The position numbers were made by a program, and so were the translations under genes. This document shows, in pieces, positions 1-7,511 of a DNA stretch of 36,503 nucleotides. Origin of the DNA: a virus (lineage: Duplodnaviria; Caudoviricetes); IMG/VR virus record IMGVR_UViG_3300008255_000075, positions 1 to 36,503 of that record, one strand, 5' to 3'. The number at the start of each line of letters is the position of its first letter. The first letter of the stretch is position 1. A model generated the notes under the pieces. That model saw only the letters and a list, made by a program, of their open reading frames with translations. It ran no database searches and was not told the origin of the DNA.

Positions 1-123
1 ACAAAATAAGCCTCAAATTCTCTTTCGTCTTCTATTAAGCAAGCCTTAAACTTTTCTTGTTTTATATGGATTATTTCGTGAAGTAAGGTATCTAAACATT
101 CCCAACTATTATCGTGTTTTTTA
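1..123. repeat. Terminal direct repeat, left copy (circular assembly overlap)
   Basis: 1-123 is identical to 36381-36503. Confidence 0.97.
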
Positions 124-347
124 AGCCAAAGAATATAATAAGATAATCCATTTTTATCAGTCGTCCTGTAAACAAAACCGCTATTATGTGTATTATCATT
201 AAACATCGGCAGTCCTTGCTTTACTAAAATCTTAAACTCCTTAGTGCCATTTTTATCTGCCCATTTTTTTATATCATTTTCATTAGAGCCAACACACACT
301 AATAATTGTAAATCAAAGATGTCTATATTGTAATTAAATATCTTCAT
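1..347 (-). CDS. HEXXH zincin-like metalloprotein, 135 aa, spanning the origin (347..1 joined to 36380..36320)
   Basis: Manual translation MKIFNYNIDIFDLQLLVCVG...DTLLHEIIHIKQEK...EREFEAYFVEYLF...NK*. HEXXH motif plus downstream E-x-x-AY. Not in the ORF track because it crosses the window edge. Confidence 0.75.
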   Translation of the reverse strand, partial: MKIFNYNIDIFDLQLLVCVGSNENDIKKWADKNGTKEFKILVKQGLPMFNDNTHNSGFVYRTTDKNGLSYYILWLKKHDNSWECLDTLLHEIIHIKQEKFKACLIEDEREFEAYF

Positions 348-502
348 TTCTTTAATTTTAACTCCTCTATTTTATAAACCATCTCCCTGTCTAACAATTT
401 CTCGTGGCTAATCCAATCTAAGGTAGTCTTAAAGGTCTGAAAGGCTAGGACTGCTAAGAAGGTTAAGAGGATAAGTTTAAACCATTCAATTAGTGGTGGC
501 AT
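344..502 (-). CDS. Small hypothetical membrane protein (52 aa)
   Basis: Manual ORF MPPLIEWFKLILLTFLAVLAF...; ATGA overlap with the next gene. Confidence 0.6.
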   Translation of the reverse strand: MPPLIEWFKLILLTFLAVLAFQTFKTTLDWISHEKLLDREMVYKIEELKLKK

Positions 503-504
503 AT

Positions 505-711
505 TTATTTAAATTTAATTATACCGCAATCTGCTAAATCTTTTAATGCTAATTGAAATCCAAGATTAGCACCTTGTATCCTAGCTTTAAAAAGTTCTTT
601 TTTTAACCTACTTCTCCTTATAAATTGATACCACTTTGTTTCTTTAATCATTGCTTCATATTTATCGTAAGCAATGTATAAATGAACAATTGGACTTTCT
701 GGGATAACCAT
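505..711 (-). CDS. Hypothetical protein
   Basis: ORF track; tightly packed with neighbours. Confidence 0.7.
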   Translation of the reverse strand: MVIPESPIVHLYIAYDKYEAMIKETKWYQFIRRSRLKKELFKARIQGANLGFQLALKDLADCGIIKFK

Positions 712-712
712 A

Positions 713-916
713 TTATTTTAATCCTAAACCTTTATCAGTAAACCAAATCTCTTCCTCACTTGAATCTATTTGATTGAATAATTCTACGTAAATAGCGGAA
801 TCGTCACTAAGACCTAACATTCCTACTGGTATAGTTCCGCTCTCTATCATACCACCTACCTCACATAAGAGATTAGTAAGTTTATCACCAGCTAAAGTGT
901 CAAAATGTATTTTCAT
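713..916 (-). CDS. Hypothetical protein
   Basis: ORF track; 1-nt gap to the next gene. Confidence 0.7.
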   Translation of the reverse strand: MKIHFDTLAGDKLTNLLCEVGGMIESGTIPVGMLGLSDDSAIYVELFNQIDSSEEEIWFTDKGLGLK

Positions 917-966
917 ATTAGTAGATTTTAGGTCAAAATCTATAAAGATTTAGTTATTTTAGTAGG

Positions 967-1179
967 TTATTCTTCAATAATAGTAAACTGTTCTAAGTCG
1001 CTCCACCTCTTAGGATTACAACTATCATTATCACCTTCAACAGCTTGGAACTGAATTGTTTGTTTATGAAACACTCCGTTAGAATTAGAATATTTCTCAG
1101 TATTATACATTTCGTCATCATTGCCTAAAACAATGTAAATCCACTGCTCGTTGTATTTATCGTAGCATTTTATTTTCAT
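967..1179 (-). CDS. Hypothetical protein
   Basis: ORF track; ATGA overlap with the upstream gene. Confidence 0.7.
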   Translation of the reverse strand: MKIKCYDKYNEQWIYIVLGNDDEMYNTEKYSNSNGVFHKQTIQFQAVEGDNDSCNPKRWSDLEQFTIIEE

Positions 1180-1556
1180 ACATTTACAACCCCTTTAATA
1201 ATTAACTCCTCTAACATTTTCCCTAGAGCGTTGGCTAGGGTGTCTGCGTAAGTAAAATAGGTTCCACTATGAATATGGCTATCACCAGAAACTGATTTAA
1301 TAATGGTCATATTATTAACCTTACCACCTGCCTGTTTTATTGATTTAGCTGGCAATATATCTAATAGTGTCTGAGCGGAGAGGGCTGGAATGACATCTTT
1401 CTTGTTAATTTCAGCTTGGTTAAGATAACTTTCATTTACTAAAACTTGATATTCTCTTAAATCTTGTATCCACCAAGCATCAGTCTCAGCTACAAAACCA
1501 AGTTCTTTTAGTCGTTGGGAAATTTCTAAGGAAGTGTAGTCTCTTGTGTTTGGCAT
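1176..1556 (-). CDS. Conserved-type phage hypothetical protein
   Basis: N-terminal TSLEISQRLKELGF..WW and later PALSAQTLLDILP, a pattern common in phage accessory proteins. Confidence 0.75.
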   Translation of the reverse strand: MPNTRDYTSLEISQRLKELGFVAETDAWWIQDLREYQVLVNESYLNQAEINKKDVIPALSAQTLLDILPAKSIKQAGGKVNNMTIIKSVSGDSHIHSGTYFTYADTLANALGKMLEELIIKGVVNV

Positions 1557-1721
1557 ATTATTAAAATAAAATCATAAGTATTAGAAGCAGGGTTAAAACA
1601 ACTCCAACGCAAAATCTTATCCAATCGTGGTCTCTACAAGCCTTATCAAACGTAGAACCTACTATAAGCCCTCCTATAAGTATCATTATTACGTGTATCA
1701 TATTAGTTAAGACCAGCGTCT

Positions 1722-1880
1722 TTAGTTTATTAAAGGAATATTAATAACTATTTCCTCACCACACATAGGACACTTCCAAGTGTGTTCTCCTGGCTCTAGG
1801 TGTATGAGTGTTGGTGGCTCGTGTTCAGGTGAATTACAAACTTCTTTTGGATTGATTAACTTGTGATTGATAAATGGCAT
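1722..1880 (-). CDS. Small zinc-ribbon protein (52 aa)
   Basis: Manual ORF with C-x4-H and WKCPMCG. Confidence 0.65.
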   Translation of the reverse strand: MPFINHKLINPKEVCNSPEHEPPTLIHLEPGEHTWKCPMCGEEIVINIPLIN

Positions 1881-1923
1881 ATTTATTAAGTCTAATTAAT
1901 TTTTTAACTTAAACATTATTTTA

Positions 1924-2097
1924 TTAGATTACTTCTATCTGATAAATTGGAACAAATGATAAGCTTTTACCAATAACTACCACCGCATAAGGTCTGTCAT
2001 CTCCTCCACGAACATAACCGTCAATAAATCCAATGTCTCCGTTTTTAGCGTTTTCTTGATGAACATCTCCTAGTATTTTAACTTTTGTTTTTGCCAT
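1924..2097 (-). CDS. Small beta-rich hypothetical protein (57 aa)
   Basis: Manual ORF MAKTKVKILGDVHQENAKNGDIGFIDGYVRGGDDRPYAVVVIG... Confidence 0.65.
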   Translation of the reverse strand: MAKTKVKILGDVHQENAKNGDIGFIDGYVRGGDDRPYAVVVIGKSLSFVPIYQIEVI

Positions 2098-2102
2098 AAT
2101 TT

Positions 2103-2489
2103 TTACAGCCCACTGGACTTTAGATTATTTAAGAATTTAGTTTTATAAGCCTCGTTCATCATATTATATTCTGTGTCAGGTAGTGCTGATAAAATAGCCT
2201 CCATATGTTCATTAAGTGCTTGGGTAAGGATATTATCAATAAATCTTTCTATTGATTGTATTTCGTGTTGTCCTAAGTTTCTTAAAAAATATACTCCACT
2301 CTGGTCAGTAACGTTTCTTAAATCATCCTTATACTCAGCTAACTTCCTCTCTGTAAATGTCAAGGGTTGAATATCACACGCCAATCCGCACTTTTCGCAC
2401 TCAAAGTGCCAAGTCCCTATCTCGTCATCATCGTTAAAGTCTCCACCGCCAACAGATTTAACTGGAGCGGAACAACATTTTGATTTCAT
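2103..2489 (-). CDS. Hypothetical protein with N-terminal zinc finger
   Basis: MKSKCCSAPV...FECEKCGLACD. Confidence 0.75.
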   Translation of the reverse strand: MKSKCCSAPVKSVGGGDFNDDDEIGTWHFECEKCGLACDIQPLTFTERKLAEYKDDLRNVTDQSGVYFLRNLGQHEIQSIERFIDNILTQALNEHMEAILSALPDTEYNMMNEAYKTKFLNNLKSSGL

Positions 2490-2513
2490 ACATTTTATTC
2501 TTAATAATCTTTA

Positions 2514-2696
2514 TCTAAAGCAAGAGAGTAATGGTTGGGAATTGACGAGGATGTTTTGGCTGCTAAACATCTAATGCTTTGACGTATTCTCTGATGCTTG
2601 TATAGTCACCCAACACTTAATTATCCTCAGTGAATTTACTATAGAAGACACTGATTTGCGGTTACTTTTACGCCACATTCACCCTCTCGCTTTAGA
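2514..2696 (-). ncRNA. tRNA-like structured RNA 1 (not a canonical tRNA)
   Basis: ~20-bp closing stem whose irregular positions resolve as G-U pairs on the minus strand; D-arm-like GCG-UAAAAGUAAC-CGC; UCAGUG/CACUGA arm; T-arm-like GUUGGG/CCCAAC abutting the closing stem. Confidence 0.7.
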
Positions 2697-2728
2697 GAAA
2701 GACTGTTAAGGTCTTTCGTTAGATTATA

Positions 2729-2977
2729 TTAAGCACCAGTAACTCCCGATTCGTTTGGTTGAGTTGAACCCTCGTGGTTTAATACTAATCCTTTAATAGC
2801 CCACATAGCACTAGTTTCAAGTTCAGTGATTGCGATTGCTCTCTGTCTTGATTCTGGTAATGACAGTAAAAACTTATGAGTCTTAGTATAAACCTCTCTT
2901 ACCTCTTGAATAAGAGGTAACATTTCCTCCGCTGGCTTAAAGTATCCAAATGGATTAACTTGTGTTGCATTTTCCAT
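2729..2977 (-). CDS. Acb2/Tad1-like helical-hairpin protein (candidate nucleotide-signal sponge)
   Basis: FGYFKP...LPESRQRAIAITELETSAMWAIKGL resembles the R-x-x-(S/A)-L-A-I-T-x-L-E-x-x-x-M-W motif of Acb2/Tad1-type proteins. Confidence 0.65.
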   Translation of the reverse strand: MENATQVNPFGYFKPAEEMLPLIQEVREVYTKTHKFLLSLPESRQRAIAITELETSAMWAIKGLVLNHEGSTQPNESGVTGA

Positions 2978-2996
2978 ACTTTTATTTTTATTCCAG

Positions 2997-3320
2997 CTAA
3001 TGTGCTGGTTTATTAACTTGATTATATTTTTCTTGTATAAGGTTTAGCTTTCCGGCAAAGGTTTGTTTTCTTATTCTACTCCGTTCCCTCCTTAAAGCTG
3101 GCGTGTCTTGCTCTGTCTTATGACTAGAACTACTGCCTTTATGCGTATCAATATGTAATTTTATGCTTCGGTTATAATAGTCAACTATGGCGTGGTAATA
3201 AGACTTATTACTTTCGTTCTTCCAATAGATAATCTTTTTATAAAACCAAGCACTGCCATAAGGGAAGTATCCTGCTCGCACTAAAGCTAAGTGATGGTCT
3301 TCTTCTAATCGGATTAACAT
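2997..3320 (-). CDS. Hypothetical basic protein
   Basis: ORF track, 107 aa. Confidence 0.65.
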   Translation of the reverse strand: MLIRLEEDHHLALVRAGYFPYGSAWFYKKIIYWKNESNKSYYHAIVDYYNRSIKLHIDTHKGSSSSHKTEQDTPALRRERSRIRKQTFAGKLNLIQEKYNQVNKPAH

Positions 3321-3361
3321 AAGTTAACTTTAATTTTCCACAGGTTAGCAAAGATTGCCTT

Positions 3362-3511
3362 GATTATTTACTAAAGCGTGGTGTGATAAGGTTTGGAATT
3401 TCGCCAAACATTGGTGATGCCGTCTAGCTACTAAAATATTTTAGACCACTAAACGCTTGTAAAGATTTACGCTTTCTACCACTCATCACACTCACGCTTT
3501 AATAAACAATC
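3362..3511 (-). ncRNA. tRNA-like structured RNA 2 (not a canonical tRNA)
   Basis: ~29-bp closing stem with G-U pairs on the minus strand; UG then a D-arm-like GUAGA..UUUAC; T-arm-like GUUUGG-CGAAAUU-CCAAAC abutting the closing stem. Confidence 0.7.
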
Positions 3512-3512
3512 T

Positions 3513-3778
3513 TGTATCGCCTATGCCATTCTTCAGCGATACATACGGTGTTATAACAGGTCAGACACCTCACAATGGCACCGTAATTTTTGTAGCTGAC
3601 CATCTATAGTTGACTTCAGGTCATTTAACTTAAGATACCAATAAAAGGTTACCCAACTTCTCAACAGGCTTAAGCACTACAAAGTTGGCTGAGTTTGTAG
3701 TGATAATTCACTACTTATAGCAGATTAGATAGTGTAAAAGGACTATGCCTAATATACTTTACAAACCTGCTAAAAGTA
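3513..3778 (-). ncRNA. Array of intergenic hairpins
   Basis: Stems at 3513-3543, 3544-3585, 3675-3702 and 3712-3778; no ORF in the track here. Confidence 0.5.
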
Positions 3779-3783
3779 AGGAA

Positions 3784-3993
3784 CTAATCAGATAAATCAT
3801 AACAATCAGCCTCTCCTTCATTATACCCTGCTTGATAAACTCGGTCTATGGCGGAGGATAGAAATTCTTTAACAGCATAACACTCTTCATCAGTAAACCA
3901 GAAAGATGCCTTACCGTTATTAAACTCTTTATTAAACTCTGAAAGTATTTTGTCTTTTAGGTCGTTCATATTTTTTAATTTAACTTTATCCAT
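3784..3993 (-). CDS. Hypothetical protein
   Basis: ORF track; the start could be the second Met. Confidence 0.7.
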   Translation of the reverse strand: MDKVKLKNMNDLKDKILSEFNKEFNNGKASFWFTDEECYAVKEFLSSAIDRVYQAGYNEGEADCYDLSD

Positions 3994-4188
3994 AGCAAGT
4001 GGCTAATATGCCTTTATTATTTTAACTGCTTCCTAATGGTCGCAAGTTCCACTTGCTATGCCTTTAATAAACCTTTCGGTTCGTTTCGCCTACCTTCGAT
4101 AAGATTACCAACAATAGGCTCACACTTATACGCAAAGGAAGCTCTTCGGCAACGGACTGTTCGGCAACATAATGTTATCAGTCCGGGG

Positions 4189-4434
4189 TTATTTGAACTT
4201 CTTTAAGAAATCAACCCAATGTTTTAAATCTTTTATTGCTTGTTTTTTAGGTTGATACCATTTTAACTTACAGAATAATTTAGCATAATACATTACTTCA
4301 ATCTCAACTTCTCTTTTAGTATATTTTCTAACTGGCGTATAAGTAGATGTTACATAAACAACATCATCATCTATTTTATGTTGTCCGCAATATCCAGCGG
4401 TTGACTGTAAACAATTTAAGCATTCTCCAACCAT
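4189..4434 (-). CDS. Hypothetical protein with N-terminal CxxC..CxxH
   Basis: CLNC...YCGQH. Confidence 0.7.
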   Translation of the reverse strand: MVGECLNCLQSTAGYCGQHKIDDDVVYVTSTYTPVRKYTKREVEIEVMYYAKLFCKLKWYQPKKQAIKDLKHWVDFLKKFK

Positions 4435-4450
4435 ATTTATTTACTTTAGT

Positions 4451-4663
4451 TTATAAAAATTTAAGATTAGCATAGTCATTCCTTCCCTGACTATCTTGGG
4501 GGATAGAGATGACCTTTTTAGTCGATAGACGGTTTAGGATATTACAGACATTAGTCACACTAAACACTGTTCCGTTTTCTTCAGATAACCACTTAGCACA
4601 ATCATTAGCTGAAGCACCTTTGTGTTCTCTGAAATAATTTAATACTTTTTCTTTAGTTTCCAT
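4451..4663 (-). CDS. Winged-helix/HTH DNA-binding protein
   Basis: TKEKVLNYFREHKGASANDCAKWL...NVCNILNRL pattern; first gene after a promoter. Confidence 0.6.
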   Translation of the reverse strand: METKEKVLNYFREHKGASANDCAKWLSEENGTVFSVTNVCNILNRLSTKKVISIPQDSQGRNDYANLKFL

Positions 4664-4682
4664 AGTTATTCTTTATGTTGTT

Positions 4683-4711
4683 ATATTATCACAGATAGGC
4701 AGAAAAGTCAA
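4683..4711 (-). promoter_or_regulatory. sigma70-type promoter
   Basis: TTGACT-17nt-TAATAT with TG extension; shares TTGACTTTTCT with the 8247-8275 promoter. Confidence 0.7.
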
Positions 4712-4737
4712 TGATAATTTGTTAATGTTTTAGGGGG

Positions 4738-5151
4738 TTATTTTTTTTCGTTCTGACTTATCCACTCCTTGTAATAGTTTATCTTTTCTTGTAAGTCAAA
4801 GCGAGTAAACTTTTTAATCTCACGACCTTTTTTAATTAAATCATCCAGCCACTTTTGACCAAACCTATCTAGTAGATACTTGGTGTATTCGGGGTAGTTC
4901 CCGTTCTTAAAGACATTACAAAATGCGTCCTGAGGCCAACAATTATTTTCGTCCCACCTCGTTGACCTATTAGACCGAGAAACATAATGACCGCATTGAA
5001 GTTCTTTAATTGGGAGCGTTCTACCACAAGAAACACATCTATTCATTCCATCTTTACTTTCCCTATGTCTGATAAATAGTGAAAACCATTTATCAAGTTC
5101 GTGTGTTAGTTGGGATAAAGTTTTAGCTTTTTTCTTTGTTTGCTTCTTCAC
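4738..5151 (-). CDS. ninG: NinG/Rap-like HNH-type endonuclease
   Basis: FSLFIRHR..CVSCG..LQCGHYVSRS..TRWDENNCWPQ...CN..GN. Confidence 0.85.
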   Translation of the reverse strand: MKKQTKKKAKTLSQLTHELDKWFSLFIRHRESKDGMNRCVSCGRTLPIKELQCGHYVSRSNRSTRWDENNCWPQDAFCNVFKNGNYPEYTKYLLDRFGQKWLDDLIKKGREIKKFTRFDLQEKINYYKEWISQNEKK

Positions 5152-5386
5152 AAATTTTTACTAATTTATTATAGTCGTCTTTTCTTAATCCTATAAACGA
5201 ATTTTTATCCGTATCCTCTGTCCAAGCCTGATAAGAATAAACTTTATAAGGTATATTTTTAACTTCTAAAATATGCTCATAATTTTTATCCCATATATAC
5301 TGGTTTCTAACACGCTCCCGGTAGATTTCTTTCTTTAGAATAAGTTTACCTTCTAAGGCTAATTGTTCTAAGTCAGAGTATTTCAT
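5123..5386 (-). CDS. Hypothetical protein
   Basis: ORF track; ATGA overlap. Confidence 0.7.
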   Translation of the reverse strand: MKYSDLEQLALEGKLILKKEIYRERVRNQYIWDKNYEHILEVKNIPYKVYSYQAWTEDTDKNSFIGLRKDDYNKLVKICEEANKEKS

Positions 5387-5982
5387 AAAATAGGCTTAAA
5401 TAACTCGTAAAGTTTCTTTGTATCACTTATATCGCAGTAGCAATGCTCAACTCGTTCCTCCACACTTGCCGTTTGAAAATCTATGGGTTTTTTAGGCGTC
5501 CCAAAATAAATGGTTAATATCTCATCTAGGCTTTTCCACTTAGCTTGGTAATTTACTATCTCTTGTAAGTCACGGCAGTTAGGCGAGTAATATCTTTTAG
5601 TTAGTCCTTGTAAAAAGGTGTAAGGCAATTTAATTCCTTGTTTCAACCCTTGTTTAATCAATAGTGGGAGGTCAAAGCTCTTAATATTGTAGCCCACCCA
5701 AATATCATTTATATCATAAATAGGATTATACCAATCAGCAAACTCTTTAACGGACATAAACATCTTCTTTTCTTCATTCCTAATCACTCCGATACAAACA
5801 ATCTCGGCATAATCAGTATCGGTTGAAAGCTCTTTGTGAAGTCCAGCGGTCTTTTCTTCTAAATCAGCCTTAATCTTTTCGGGGTCTTTTAGATTAGCTT
5901 TGGCGGTTAAAAGGTCTTCTTTTATTTTTATTAGTTTAGGGTCTGGTCGGGATTCCAAATCTACGATTAGAACATTTGACAT
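5383..5982 (-). CDS. DnaQ-like (DEDD) 3'-5' exonuclease
   Basis: ExoI LIVDLES, ExoII VGYNIKSFDLPLL, ExoIII HCYCDI. Confidence 0.85.
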   Translation of the reverse strand: MSNVLIVDLESRPDPKLIKIKEDLLTAKANLKDPEKIKADLEEKTAGLHKELSTDTDYAEIVCIGVIRNEEKKMFMSVKEFADWYNPIYDINDIWVGYNIKSFDLPLLIKQGLKQGIKLPYTFLQGLTKRYYSPNCRDLQEIVNYQAKWKSLDEILTIYFGTPKKPIDFQTASVEERVEHCYCDISDTKKLYELFKPIL

Positions 5983-5987
5983 AATTT

Positions 5988-6380
5988 TTAATTATAATAC
6001 TCATTAGGGTCGGGTGATTGTATTCCGCTTTCCACTTCTATTTTTCTGATATACTCCGACATTTCAACTGTGCTTAAAGTTGTGGTGGTTGGTGGCAACA
6101 TTATTTCATTACCATTCAGATAGCCGACTCTATGACTTAGATATTTACTCTTGAAGTATTCGTGTAAATCTTCTTTGGAGTTTCCTGTTTCAGCTTCTAA
6201 GATAGTAAGGTAAACCCAGTAATAGTTATTACTCCTTAGGCTTCTAGACTTCTTGGATTTCTTTACAATTACCTCAACTTTATTCCCGTCTAAAGTTCCA
6301 ACATAAAGGTCAAAGTTTTCTCTATTATCAAAGTAAAGTTTAGAATCTTTAACTAACCCGTAAAACTTAGGAATTATCAT
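5988..6380 (-). CDS. NinB/DUF1367-like recombination protein
   Basis: RSLRSNNYYW..EDLHEYFKSKYL..TTTLSTVEMSEYIRKIE. Confidence 0.75.
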   Translation of the reverse strand: MIIPKFYGLVKDSKLYFDNRENFDLYVGTLDGNKVEVIVKKSKKSRSLRSNNYYWVYLTILEAETGNSKEDLHEYFKSKYLSHRVGYLNGNEIMLPPTTTTLSTVEMSEYIRKIEVESGIQSPDPNEYYN

Positions 6381-6389
6381 TTATTTAGA

Positions 6390-6812
6390 TTAAAATGGGA
6401 TAGAATCCAAAGGTATATTATCCACCTCTTGATACCCTGCTGGTGGCACATAAATTGGCTCTTGGTTGGCCTGTGGTGCGTTATTCTGTGTTAGTTGGCT
6501 AACTGTAGGATTATGTGATACTGGAGCGTTAGAGGGCATTGTAGGGCTTGCTGTGCCGTTATACTGATACTGGCCTTGATTCTGCGGTTGATAATCATTA
6601 ACTTGAACATACAATTTACCATCTTTACTAACCTTGACCTGTAGTTTGACTTGATTAGATTGTCTGCCATTAATTTCTACAGTCTTATAGTTAGCTCTCA
6701 TCCACTCCACGAATTTGTCGCAGTCAATTACAATGTCAGCTTTAACCCATTCTGGAGCTTTGGGGTGTGGGTTATAAATAAATAGCCCGTTTACAAATTT
6801 GTTGTTTTCCAT
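6390..6812 (-). CDS. Putative single-stranded DNA-binding protein
   Basis: Beta-rich core, Q/N/P-rich linker, acidic C-terminal tail ending LDSIPF; adjacent to ERF. Confidence 0.7.
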   Translation of the reverse strand: MENNKFVNGLFIYNPHPKAPEWVKADIVIDCDKFVEWMRANYKTVEINGRQSNQVKLQVKVSKDGKLYVQVNDYQPQNQGQYQYNGTASPTMPSNAPVSHNPTVSQLTQNNAPQANQEPIYVPPAGYQEVDNIPLDSIPF

Positions 6813-6816
6813 ATTT

Positions 6817-7281
6817 TTACCATTTAGATTGATTAGTTGCTGGCTCGTTGTGATAAGTAGTAGTTAGTTCGGGGCTGTCTTTTTCGGCATCATCACCAGT
6901 CGGTATATTAAAGGTTTTCATATAAATATACTTGACTGCCCCAGTGATTGCTTTATAAACTCCTTTATCGCCCATATCAGCACCGTGTCCTGTCGCAATA
7001 CCTTCTAAAAATTCGCCACTTTCAACATCATAAAACTTATAAGGCACTTCAACTTCAACTAAAAACATCGTGCTACCATTTTTAGAATTATAAGGGGTTG
7101 TTTTAATAGTTTTAGACGAGTAATTAAATACCACCTTGTTTTTATCTAAAAGCTCTTTCATTTTCTCGGTGATTTGTGTTTCTGATAGATAATTATACTT
7201 GTTGTTTTGGTTATATCCGTCCTTGTTCATTTTTTCTATGTCTTTTTGGACAAGATAAAGCTTGTTTAGAATTGCTTTCAT
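6817..7281 (-). CDS. erf: ERF-family single-strand annealing protein
   Basis: KDGYN..YNYLSE..GHGADMGDKGVYKAITGAVKYIYMKTFNIPTGDDAE. Confidence 0.88.
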   Translation of the reverse strand: MKAILNKLYLVQKDIEKMNKDGYNQNNKYNYLSETQITEKMKELLDKNKVVFNYSSKTIKTTPYNSKNGSTMFLVEVEVPYKFYDVESGEFLEGIATGHGADMGDKGVYKAITGAVKYIYMKTFNIPTGDDAEKDSPELTTTYHNEPATNQSKW

Positions 7282-7283
7282 AA

Positions 7284-7511
7284 TTATTTAATTTGCTTAA
7301 TAAAACGATAATGGCTAATAGCTCCTCGCTCACCTTTAATAACTGAAACGATACCAGCTTGCCTTAGACTTCTCAACCGCCTCTCGCAGTTACTCTCTAT
7401 AAAACCAAGCCTTTCTGCTAGTTCCCTTAACTGGTCAATCTTCACCACTCCCTTAGACTTCAAGTAAAGATATAAAGACATTTTAAGACTGTTGGCTCGC
7501 ATTGTTTTCAT
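7284..7511 (-). CDS. Winged-helix DNA-binding protein
   Basis: LRELAERLGFIESNCERRLRSLRQAGIV. Confidence 0.65.
   Translation of the reverse strand: MKTMRANSLKMSLYLYLKSKGVVKIDQLRELAERLGFIESNCERRLRSLRQAGIVSVIKGERGAISHYRFIKQIK

Noticed and set aside
1-123. 123-bp repeat as a biological terminal repeat
   Set aside because: It falls mid-ORF and looks like an assembler overlap; physical ends cannot be inferred.
2514-3511. Canonical tRNA genes
   Set aside because: No 7-nt anticodon loop, no TTCRA T-loop, no D-loop GG and no CCA end; kept only as tRNA-like.
4165-4185. Canonical hammerhead core at CTGATAA (minus strand)
   Set aside because: It does not match CUGANGA and lies inside a separate hairpin.
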